Part shown: positions 19,020-27,118 of the stretch, piece after piece
Position numbering within the stretch: position 1 is the first letter of the stretch
How the letters are laid out: the number at the start of each line of letters is the position of its first letter
NCBI GenBank assembly: GCA_049699815.1
Contig: JBNAWO010000003.1
Coordinates: 1 to 55,857, forward strand
Direction of reading: 5' to 3'
Origin: Ignavibacteria bacterium
GTDB lineage: Bacteria; Bacteroidota; Ignavibacteria; Ch128b
DNA: 55,857 bases
Notes under the pieces: generated by a model
Databases searched by the model: none
What the model saw: only the letters and a program-made list of their open reading frames with translations
Told to the model about the DNA's origin: nothing
Made by a program: the position numbers and the translations under genes

Positions 19020-20383
19020 AAAAAATACTTTTAATATTGATTTTATTTTACTTTTCCATACTTAACGCTCAAAACATTTCTGATTTTGAATTAAAAACTC
19101 TTGATAACGGATTAAAATATATTGTCATTCAAAACAAAAAACTTCCGCTTGTACAAGTAAGGATAATTTTCAATGGTGGTGCAAGTTTGGATCCGCAAAA
19201 GCATCAAGGTTTGACTTATCTTACTGGTCAGCTTTTATTAAAAGGAACAATTAAAAGAACCGCTCAACAGATAGCAGAAGAGTTTGAATTCTTGGGATCA
19301 ACAATAAATATCTCAACCAATTTTGATTACACTCTTATCTCTACTGAATTCTTAAAATACAACTTTCAAGATGGTATGAATATTTTAGCAGAGATTATTA
19401 CATCACCAGCACTCGATTCGAGAGAGATTGATAAAGAAAAAGAAAAATTAATTTCTGATTTAAAATCTTCACTCGAAAATCCAACTTATGTAGCTAATCA
19501 ATTTTTTAACAAATTACTTTTTGAAGGACATCCATATTCACAATCAATTCAAGGAACGATTAAAAAAATAAACGATATTTCTGCCCGACAAGTTCGTAAT
19601 CATTATAAAACTTATTTTATTCCGAACGAAACAACAATAATTCTATATGGAGATGTTGAAACTACGGATGCTGAAAAACTAATTAAAAATTTATTTTTAA
19701 GCTGGCAAAAAGGTCAAGAAATAAAATTAAGTCAAAAACCAATTCAAAAAATCTCTGGTCTTAAATTAATTTTAGTCGATAAACCAGGATTAACACAGGC
19801 ACAAATTTGTGTTGGAAATATTGGAATCAATCAGAACAATCCCGATGAAATTCCAATATCAATTGTGAATACAATTTTAGGTGATGGATTTACATCCCGC
19901 CTTGTTGAAGAAATTAGAGTAAAGAGAAGCTTAACCTACGGTGCAAGAAGTTCATTTCAAGCTTATAAACAGAGTGGAAAATTTCTTATTTCAACATTTA
20001 CAAAAAATCAAACGGTGGGCGAAGTTATTCAAATCATTCTGGACGAACTAAAAAAACTAAAATCAACTGGTGTAAGCAATTGGGAAATTAATAAAGCAAA
20101 AAATTATTTAATTGGAGAACCCTCACGTAATTTACAATCTCCCGAAAAATTTGTTGATTATGTAGTTCAAAATATATTCTATCAAAAAGATAAAGAACTA
20201 ATCTTGAAATTTGCCGATAAAATTAAAAACACATCACGAGAAGAAATTCAAAAAGCTATAAATGAATATTTCCCTGAGAGAAATGTTTTAGTTGTTGTAG
20301 TCGGTGATGCAAAAGAGATAAAAACACAACTGGAAAAATTTGGAAAAGTTCAGGAAATTAGTTACGAAAATTTAGTGGAGTGA
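19016..20383 (+). CDS. M16 family peptidase-like protein (no HxxEH motif, probably the non-catalytic partner)
   Basis: 455 aa with a signal peptide and the M16 fold pattern, but GLTYLTGQLL at the zinc-motif position. 4-nt overlap with the upstream M16 gene. Confidence 0.8.
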   Translation: MKKILLILILFYFSILNAQNISDFELKTLDNGLKYIVIQNKKLPLVQVRIIFNGGASLDPQKHQGLTYLTGQLLLKGTIKRTAQQIAEEFEFLGSTINISTNFDYTLISTEFLKYNFQDGMNILAEIITSPALDSREIDKEKEKLISDLKSSLENPTYVANQFFNKLLFEGHPYSQSIQGTIKKINDISARQVRNHYKTYFIPNETTIILYGDVETTDAEKLIKNLFLSWQKGQEIKLSQKPIQKISGLKLILVDKPGLTQAQICVGNIGINQNNPDEIPISIVNTILGDGFTSRLVEEIRVKRSLTYGARSSFQAYKQSGKFLISTFTKNQTVGEVIQIILDELKKLKSTGVSNWEINKAKNYLIGEPSRNLQSPEKFVDYVVQNIFYQKDKELILKFADKIKNTSREEIQKAINEYFPERNVLVVVVGDAKEIKTQLEKFGKVQEISYENLVE

Positions 20384-20386
20384 GCA

Positions 20387-21403
20387 ATGAAAATAATTTT
20401 ATTTACTCTCATAATTACTTTTTCCGTTCTTCATTCACAGAATGCACAACAATATTTACCAATCGAAATTGGAAATGTGTGGGTTAATAATGTTTATGTT
20501 TTAGATTCACTTGGCAATCCAATTGGCGAACCAGCTATTCTAATTGATTCATCTGTGGCTTATCAAAATTTTTTAGGTAAGCCAACACTCTTTATAGTTT
20601 CTCGACCAGCTGGTTTAGAGTTTGGGGACACAAATTGGATTTCTGCTTCAAATCAAAGTATTTTTATTCATCAAAGAGATCTGGAGATAGATACTTTTGT
20701 AACATTAAAACTTCCTGATTGGTTTGAGTATTACAGATTTGGTACTTCGCTCGGAAGTTTTTATCAGATTTATAAATTTGATACAACTTTAACAATTCCA
20801 CAACTTGGAACTCTTCCGTTAAGATTTCTGGTAAGAGGAGCAAGACTTGGTTTAGATACCATCACAGTGCCTGCAGGATTTTTTAATGCAATAAAGTTTA
20901 GAATAGAAATTAAAATTCAATATCTGGTTTCACTACCTCCGCCACTTCCACCTTTGGCAATCGATATTGTCACAATTCCATTTAACGATTGGCTTGCTCA
21001 AGGAAGATACATTATTAAATCAATTCAAGAACCTTTTTCAATTGATACATTAAATCTTTTTATTCCAGGCTCAATGCGAGAGCTTGTAGAATTTAAAACA
21101 GCTACTTCAGTTAAAAACGAAAATCAAACAATCGAAAATTTTGAACTTTATCAAAATTATCCCAATCCTTTTAACAGCTCAACCATCATTCAATTCAGGT
21201 TGAACAAAAAAGAAGAAGTTAATCTTAAAATTTTTGATGTGCTTGGACGAGAAGTGACATCTCTAATTGATAATGAACTCGATCAAGGATTTCACCAAAT
21301 ATATTTTGAAGCGAATGAATTGAATTTAAAATCAAGAATTTATTATTACACTTTGAGAACAGGTTCGGGCATTAAATCAAAAGCGATGGTTCATTTAAAA
21401 TAA
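20387..21403 (+). CDS. Secreted hypothetical protein with a T9SS C-terminal sorting domain
   Basis: 338 aa with a signal peptide and C-terminal FELYQNYPNPFNSSTIIQF...YYYTL....K, characteristic of Por secretion tails. Confidence 0.75.
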   Translation: MKIILFTLIITFSVLHSQNAQQYLPIEIGNVWVNNVYVLDSLGNPIGEPAILIDSSVAYQNFLGKPTLFIVSRPAGLEFGDTNWISASNQSIFIHQRDLEIDTFVTLKLPDWFEYYRFGTSLGSFYQIYKFDTTLTIPQLGTLPLRFLVRGARLGLDTITVPAGFFNAIKFRIEIKIQYLVSLPPPLPPLAIDIVTIPFNDWLAQGRYIIKSIQEPFSIDTLNLFIPGSMRELVEFKTATSVKNENQTIENFELYQNYPNPFNSSTIIQFRLNKKEEVNLKIFDVLGREVTSLIDNELDQGFHQIYFEANELNLKSRIYYYTLRTGSGIKSKAMVHLK

Positions 21404-21440
21404 AAATTCCTCAAAGCTCTAAAAGAACTTTGAGGAATTT
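21404..21440. terminator. Bidirectional hairpin terminator between convergent genes
   Basis: 13-bp perfect stem AAATTCCTCAAAG (21404..21416) / CTTTGAGGAATTT (21428..21440), flanked by A/T runs on both sides. Confidence 0.75.
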
Positions 21441-21462
21441 CAAAATAAATCACTCTAAGGAA

Positions 21463-24400
21463 TTATTTCCTCTGTTTCACAATCGAAAATTTAAGAACTT
21501 TATCACCGAATTTTGTTTTTACATGAGCAAGATAGACACCATCCGCCACTTTCATTCCTTTTTCGTTTCGTAAATCCCATTCTATAAAAGGAGATGTAAT
21601 TGTAATCTTGTCATTTTCTGTCAATGTTCTGATGAGATTACCTGATAAAGTGTAGATTTTAATCGTTACTTCTTCAGGGAGATTTGAAAATGTGATTACT
21701 CCGCTCTTTACAGCTCTAAAATCTTCCCATCCAAAATATGGATTTGGAAAGACATTAATTTTTTTGACGAGTTCTTTTCTTTCATTAAGAGTCAATTTAT
21801 TTAATTTAGATTTTGATTTATAGTAGAAAGTATCTCTCTCAGTTATCACATAAGAAATTGGAATAGTAAGAATATCTCCGGAATTGTAAAATGAATCTAC
21901 TGATGAACGTTCCAATCCAATTACAAGCAATGCATCAAACCATGGAGATTTAGCCCTATTAATTTGTTCTGTGGAGAAATTAGCTTCTACAGGTGGATCC
22001 CATCCATCAAGCTTAGCATAAACTTTAGTTCCTGTTGTTGGTAGGTATCCAACATATTCCATCTGTTTTCCATCTGGATCATAAGGCTGATTAAAGATAA
22101 TGATGTATTCTTTTGTTGAGACAATATCCACTCCTGGATCCCACTCGCCATCAGGGTTACCACCTCTCAACACACTCTCAATAAAACCGCAGGCAAGTTG
22201 AATTTCTTCTTTATATCTATCATCTTTTATCCAGACCTGGAATGGAACTTCGACAAAATATTCACCTGGATATCCAACATTTGGTTGCCCCGCTGTTCTA
22301 GCTGCACTCCAAAACCTTAGTCCTAAATTATCAGATACAAATCGATAAGCTTTTTGCGTTGGTCCAAATCTAATTTCTATTCTTCTTAATTTATCAAAAG
22401 TAGTTAAATAGGACTTCTTCATTCCTAATGTTGACAGTGTTCTAATAATTTGCGATGAAATTCCTTTTACACTTTCAGGGCCAGTATAAAAGATCCCCGA
22501 AATTTCTTCCCTAAAATCCTTGAACCATTTGTTTTTCTCTGGATTATAAATTTCTTTTTTAATCTCAGGATCAATCCATTTTATCTTTGGAGATAATCCA
22601 TCAATCACAACGCGCGTCGAATCAATATTATAATAAAACTTTTGTGAATCGAGTAATATCCTGTTCTTTGTTAAGTTTTTCATTCTCCAGAACATCGAAT
22701 ATCCATCTCCACTCCTGTCAAGGAAGAAACTCAACTGATAATCATCATCGGTCAATTGGGAATTATCAATTTCTTCAAATACTACCTCGCTTTCAGTTAT
22801 GTTTGTTAACGAAGGGATAGTTTTAGCTTCAAGATTTATTGGTGCGTTAAAATCCTCACCCACTCTGAATTCATATAAATCCGACACTTTTTCCTTTAAT
22901 CCAAACTTGTAAGAAGTTAGAAGATAATTTCTGGGTTTATTTTGTATTTGAACAAGATCGCTCGATGTTTTATTCAAATACAATTTTCTAAGAGAGAAAT
23001 AAAGTCTCTCACCTTTGTTTAATTGTTTATTTGTAAATGGGTTTTTTGTAAGTGAAACCATTAAATAACCACTATTCGAATTTGAATACAGTTTTGGCTC
23101 AAGTTGAGTATAGTTTGAAAAAACTTGTTTTATCGAGATTCCATCATCATCTACATAGTATAATTTTTCTATATCATTTCTCACATCAAATGCAGCAATT
23201 TTTTTTGAGCGATTTGTATCAGGACCATAATAAATCTCTGGTGTTGAATGAGCCCAGAGTTCATAAGCTTCGAATTCAACATTCAGAAGTGTATCGTTTT
23301 GTGATGTAGTTAAGAAATTCTTGAATTGAAAATCATTTGCCGTTTGCCAGAAAACATCTATACGATTTTCAAAACTTCTTGCTCTTAATTCAGTTTCTGG
23401 AAGAGGAACCGTTGAAACAAAATTTAAGTTGTAAATAGATGTGTTTGTTGATGCTGCTCGTCGTGCCTGAACAATACTATTAATTGGGTCTGAACCTCTT
23501 CCAACAGCATACGCGACAATAATATCAACGGGTTTATTTTTTTCGAGAACAAACTTCCCTACATTTAAAAAGCCCCTTACATCATGAACAACATTATTTA
23601 ACCAACCTTTATTTGTAACTGGATCTCCAGAAAAAACAAACATAGGATTTACCTGATTACAATTAACTCCACCAACCACCACACCATATTCAAAAGTGCA
23701 GGGGTTATACTTTTTTCCTGATGGTGTATAACCTTGTATTAAATTCCAGAAAGCATATTCGGGATATTCAGGTATGCCAGAAAATAAAGAATTAGATGAA
23801 GAGATATTTAAATTAATTGCACCTTGAATTTCTCTTATCTTATTTTCTCCAATAAATTCTTTTGCTGATGTAATTGGAGTTTCACCAGAATCAAAAATTC
23901 CATTTCCATTTGCATCAACAAAAGATACATTTGGAATGAAGGCATAAGGTCCCTGTAACAGTTGAGCCATAATGACAGGCGGGTTGTTTCCAAATTCATC
24001 ATCACTCCCATCGTTGTAACAATAATTTGCTTGAAGCAAAGTATCAGTTCCTAACAAATCATCCATATAACCACCAAGATCAAAATCGTTTGCGAAAGAG
24101 AATATTACGCTGTCGAGTCTATTTACATCTGGAAATTGATTGCTTCCTTTGTAGGTAATTCTGTAGCGAATAAAGACACAATTAGCAAGTTTCGGAATTG
24201 TTTTATACGCCCACAGGGTCTGTTGTATTTCTATTCCAAGTGGTGGAACTGAAGTAAAAAAATGTCTGCTACTCGTAGGAACTCCATCATTATAAACACA
24301 CCAGGCTGTAAAATCACCAATTAAATTTGGTTTATCTTCATCTGAATCCCATTTACCATTTTCATTTTTATCAACCGGGTTATAGACACCGTCATCATCG

Positions 24401-24879
24401 CCGTCATAAAAATCTGCACCTAACTCCACTGCTTTTTTCCATTCCTGCCAGCTTTGAGAAAAAGGTTGATCAGAACTTTGGACAATATAAATTTTCGCAT
24501 CAGGGTTATTTCTATCCATTCCAACTATTCCCGGATAATAATCTTCTACTCGGTATGTTGTTTGAACACCATTTATCCAAAGCCTCTCATATGGTGTACC
24601 TGGATAAATGTAACCACCAAGGAAAAATCCACCTGAAAAAATTACAGTTAGAGTATCAAATTTAGCACTATATGAATATGGGGGTATGCGAACATCGGCT
24701 AAAATCCCATTGTTCGTGAATGGCAATTCAAATCTATCGAGCTTTAGGTGATAAGCATCTGTCTGATAATAGTTCGTTTTCAATACTTTTTCTTTTTCAC
24801 CAGTAAAACCGATGAAAAGTAGTGTGGAGAGGATAAAAAGGGATGAAAAGAATTTTTTCAATTTATTTTTAAGAAACAT
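21463..24879 (-). CDS. Large secreted protein (1138 aa) with acidic Ca-loop-like motifs and a T9SS C-terminal domain; paralog of the 34412..37534 product
   Basis: Signal peptide; DGDDDGVYNPVDKNENGKWDSDED and DANGNGIFDSGE loops. The C-terminus reads VFPNPYFG...IKIYTLSGNLIRTL...GVYLAHV. Blocks shared with the 1040-aa protein include LGIEIQQ../LGLRIEV.. and ..YCYNDG/..YCYDYDG. Confidence 0.7.
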   Translation of the reverse strand: MFLKNKLKKFFSSLFILSTLLFIGFTGEKEKVLKTNYYQTDAYHLKLDRFELPFTNNGILADVRIPPYSYSAKFDTLTVIFSGGFFLGGYIYPGTPYERLWINGVQTTYRVEDYYPGIVGMDRNNPDAKIYIVQSSDQPFSQSWQEWKKAVELGADFYDGDDDGVYNPVDKNENGKWDSDEDKPNLIGDFTAWCVYNDGVPTSSRHFFTSVPPLGIEIQQTLWAYKTIPKLANCVFIRYRITYKGSNQFPDVNRLDSVIFSFANDFDLGGYMDDLLGTDTLLQANYCYNDGSDDEFGNNPPVIMAQLLQGPYAFIPNVSFVDANGNGIFDSGETPITSAKEFIGENKIREIQGAINLNISSSNSLFSGIPEYPEYAFWNLIQGYTPSGKKYNPCTFEYGVVVGGVNCNQVNPMFVFSGDPVTNKGWLNNVVHDVRGFLNVGKFVLEKNKPVDIIVAYAVGRGSDPINSIVQARRAASTNTSIYNLNFVSTVPLPETELRARSFENRIDVFWQTANDFQFKNFLTTSQNDTLLNVEFEAYELWAHSTPEIYYGPDTNRSKKIAAFDVRNDIEKLYYVDDDGISIKQVFSNYTQLEPKLYSNSNSGYLMVSLTKNPFTNKQLNKGERLYFSLRKLYLNKTSSDLVQIQNKPRNYLLTSYKFGLKEKVSDLYEFRVGEDFNAPINLEAKTIPSLTNITESEVVFEEIDNSQLTDDDYQLSFFLDRSGDGYSMFWRMKNLTKNRILLDSQKFYYNIDSTRVVIDGLSPKIKWIDPEIKKEIYNPEKNKWFKDFREEISGIFYTGPESVKGISSQIIRTLSTLGMKKSYLTTFDKLRRIEIRFGPTQKAYRFVSDNLGLRFWSAARTAGQPNVGYPGEYFVEVPFQVWIKDDRYKEEIQLACGFIESVLRGGNPDGEWDPGVDIVSTKEYIIIFNQPYDPDGKQMEYVGYLPTTGTKVYAKLDGWDPPVEANFSTEQINRAKSPWFDALLVIGLERSSVDSFYNSGDILTIPISYVITERDTFYYKSKSKLNKLTLNERKELVKKINVFPNPYFGWEDFRAVKSGVITFSNLPEEVTIKIYTLSGNLIRTLTENDKITITSPFIEWDLRNEKGMKVADGVYLAHVKTKFGDKVLKFSIVKQRK

Positions 24880-24906
24880 TTCTGATCTCCCTTATTATTT
24901 AATGAC

Positions 24907-24935
24907 AAATTAGTATAAAAAAAAAAGTTTGTCAA
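24907..24935 (-). promoter_or_regulatory. Putative sigma-70 promoter with a T10 tract in the spacer
   Basis: On the minus strand: TTGACA (24935..24930), 17-nt spacer AAC-T10-ATAC (T10 = 24926..24917), TAATTT (24912..24907). GGGAG lies 7 nt before the ATG at 24879. Confidence 0.45.
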
Positions 24936-24990
24936 TATTTAACAGGCAAATAAAAGAAACATATCAATTCTAAAACATAAACTTTTATAA

Positions 24991-25424
24991 AATAAAAGAC
25001 AGGTAAAAGCACCAAAAAAATTTTATGCATACGATAATGGCATTATTTCTTCAAAATCATTCAGCTTCATTGAAAATTATGGAAGAGCGTTTGAAAAACT
25101 TGTTTTTGTTGAATTTGTAAAATCTGGATTAAAGCCTAACGAGAATATCTTTTACTTTAAAAGCAAGAATCAAAGAGAAATTGATTTTTAATTAAAGATA
25201 AATTGAAAATTACTAAGTTGATCCAGGTAGTTTACGACATTTCAAATCAAGCTACTTTTGAAAGAGAGATAAAAGGACTGGTTGACGGCTCGAAAGAAAC
25301 TAGTTGTGATGAACTCTTAATTATTTCCTGGTATACTGAAGGAACAGAAAAATACAATGGTAAAGAAATAAAAATAATCCCTTTCTGGAATTTCCTTTTA
25401 GAAACATATAATATTAGCGAATAA
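24991..25424 (+). pseudogene. 5'-truncated, frameshifted remnant of an AAA+ ATPase gene (DUF4143-type C-terminal region)
   Basis: Frame 1 (24991..25188) encodes ...KAPKKFYAYDNGII...ENLVFVEF...KSKNQREIDF, then TAA. The sequence continues in another frame as (F)LIKDKLKITKLIQVVYD...EREIKGL... to 25424. The switch falls in a T5 run (25185..25189). No N-terminal P-loop part is present upstream. Confidence 0.6.
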
Positions 25425-25435
25425 CTCCTTTCTAT

Positions 25436-27118
25436 TTACTTTAAATAAATCATTTTTATTGTCTGGACTTTATTATCAACCTCAAGACGGCAAATAAGAA
25501 GACCAGACGAAAATGAATTTTGTTTAATCGACTCAACATCAAAAACTACAGAATGATATCCACTGGATTGATATTCATCAACAGGAGTTGATAACTCTCT
25601 TCCAAGTAAATCGTAAATTTTGAGTGAAACTTTTTGTGGTGAGGTTAATTTTTCTGAAATGTAATAATCAATTTTTGTTTTTGAATTAAATGGATTTGGA
25701 TAATTTTGATAGAGCTTAAAATCTTTGACATTAACTTCAGGCTTTTCTTTTTCAACACTGGTAATGAGTTGATAGTCCATCCATAACAATCTACCCGTCA
25801 ACCAATTTTTCAAGTAATTAATCTCATCTTCATAAGTTTGACCGACATAGTAATTGGGCCACACATATTGACCTATCACGGGCCATTTCTGAAAATTTCT
25901 TTGTCTCGATTCTTCAAGTAACTGAACAAGTGAATCAATCGTTGAATTTATTTTTTGATTTGTCCAGACAGAATTTCTAAGTTCAATCCATCTTTGACTG
26001 AATTTATTTCGGAAACTTTGATCAGAAAAAATTTTTTTCCACCAGAATGGGATAAAGAAATTTTCCCAGCTCGGAATGTTTGAGTATTCCGAGACATATT
26101 CAAGATACCAGCCGCTTGAGTTGAAGGCTTGATAGTAATCACAATTTCCGAATGCAAGGTTGAAATCCCAGACTGGACCGGCAAATAATTTTGGATTACG
26201 GCTGTCTCTATCTTTATAAAAGAAAGTACTCAATCGATATGCATCAATGTTTTTTACAAGTTCATTTAGAAGTATGTAATCAACAAAAGAATTTACATCA
26301 ATATATTTTAGATAGCCTAGAATTGAATCGGCGTAATAGGGACCAAACATTGCCGATTCAAAAGCATAAATCCAGGCTTTGATATAATTTTTCTGAGCTT
26401 CAACTATATCTTCTGGTTTCGGATAATGATATTGATAAAAGATTCTTGCACTTAATTGTGGAAATGGACGAAAATTTGAATACCATCCATCGTTATTTTC
26501 ACCATCGAGTTTATCAATTTTTATGATATAACCACCAGTGAGTGCATCGCCGGATGTATCAGCAGGATTCAATTTTCTAATGTTGACTCGATTTGCATCT
26601 CTTTTAATTTTTTCGAGAAGAACATAAACACCTTTATAATCTCCATTAATAACAAGTTCAAAAAATCCTGAACGAGAAGCATATCTTCCCATATCTCGAG
26701 CAAGTTTATATGCAAGCACATCCCGAATTAATGTTTTATCGTTGTAAGGACCATAGAAAACCCAATCAGCTTCTGAAGGTAATCCAAGTAATGAAACCGA
26801 TTTATCATTTCCCAGTGAATCTCTTGTTTCAACTGCAAAACTCTTTTTGGGAAACATCAACGAACTTGAGCCACGCAGTTCAATCCCAATCCATCCATCG
26901 TAATGATTGAAAGGATCAGTAATGTAATTTCTTACTCCTTCACCATTAAAGATAACTCCCATTCTTGCCTGTATTTTGTATTCATTTGGAATTTCCTGAC
27001 CAAAAGTATTAATGATCACAATAGGCAAATTAGAGGAAGTGAAATTTACATTCTGTGCATTTATAGAAATTAAATCAAGTAATATGAGAAGCAAAAAGTT
27101 TTGAATTAAATTTTTCAT
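25436..27118 (-). CDS. CotH-like protein with a T9SS C-terminal sorting domain
   Basis: About 560 aa with a signal peptide and CotH-type blocks (IELRGSSS, KKSFAVE, DKTLIRD.LAY, GVYVLLEKIKRD, WDFNLAFG). The C-terminus reads FKLYQNYPNPFNSKT. The ATG overlaps the GH5 stop (TGATG). Confidence 0.75.
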   Translation of the reverse strand: MKNLIQNFLLLILLDLISINAQNVNFTSSNLPIVIINTFGQEIPNEYKIQARMGVIFNGEGVRNYITDPFNHYDGWIGIELRGSSSLMFPKKSFAVETRDSLGNDKSVSLLGLPSEADWVFYGPYNDKTLIRDVLAYKLARDMGRYASRSGFFELVINGDYKGVYVLLEKIKRDANRVNIRKLNPADTSGDALTGGYIIKIDKLDGENNDGWYSNFRPFPQLSARIFYQYHYPKPEDIVEAQKNYIKAWIYAFESAMFGPYYADSILGYLKYIDVNSFVDYILLNELVKNIDAYRLSTFFYKDRDSRNPKLFAGPVWDFNLAFGNCDYYQAFNSSGWYLEYVSEYSNIPSWENFFIPFWWKKIFSDQSFRNKFSQRWIELRNSVWTNQKINSTIDSLVQLLEESRQRNFQKWPVIGQYVWPNYYVGQTYEDEINYLKNWLTGRLLWMDYQLITSVEKEKPEVNVKDFKLYQNYPNPFNSKTKIDYYISEKLTSPQKVSLKIYDLLGRELSTPVDEYQSSGYHSVVFDVESIKQNSFSSGLLICRLEVDNKVQTIKMIYLK

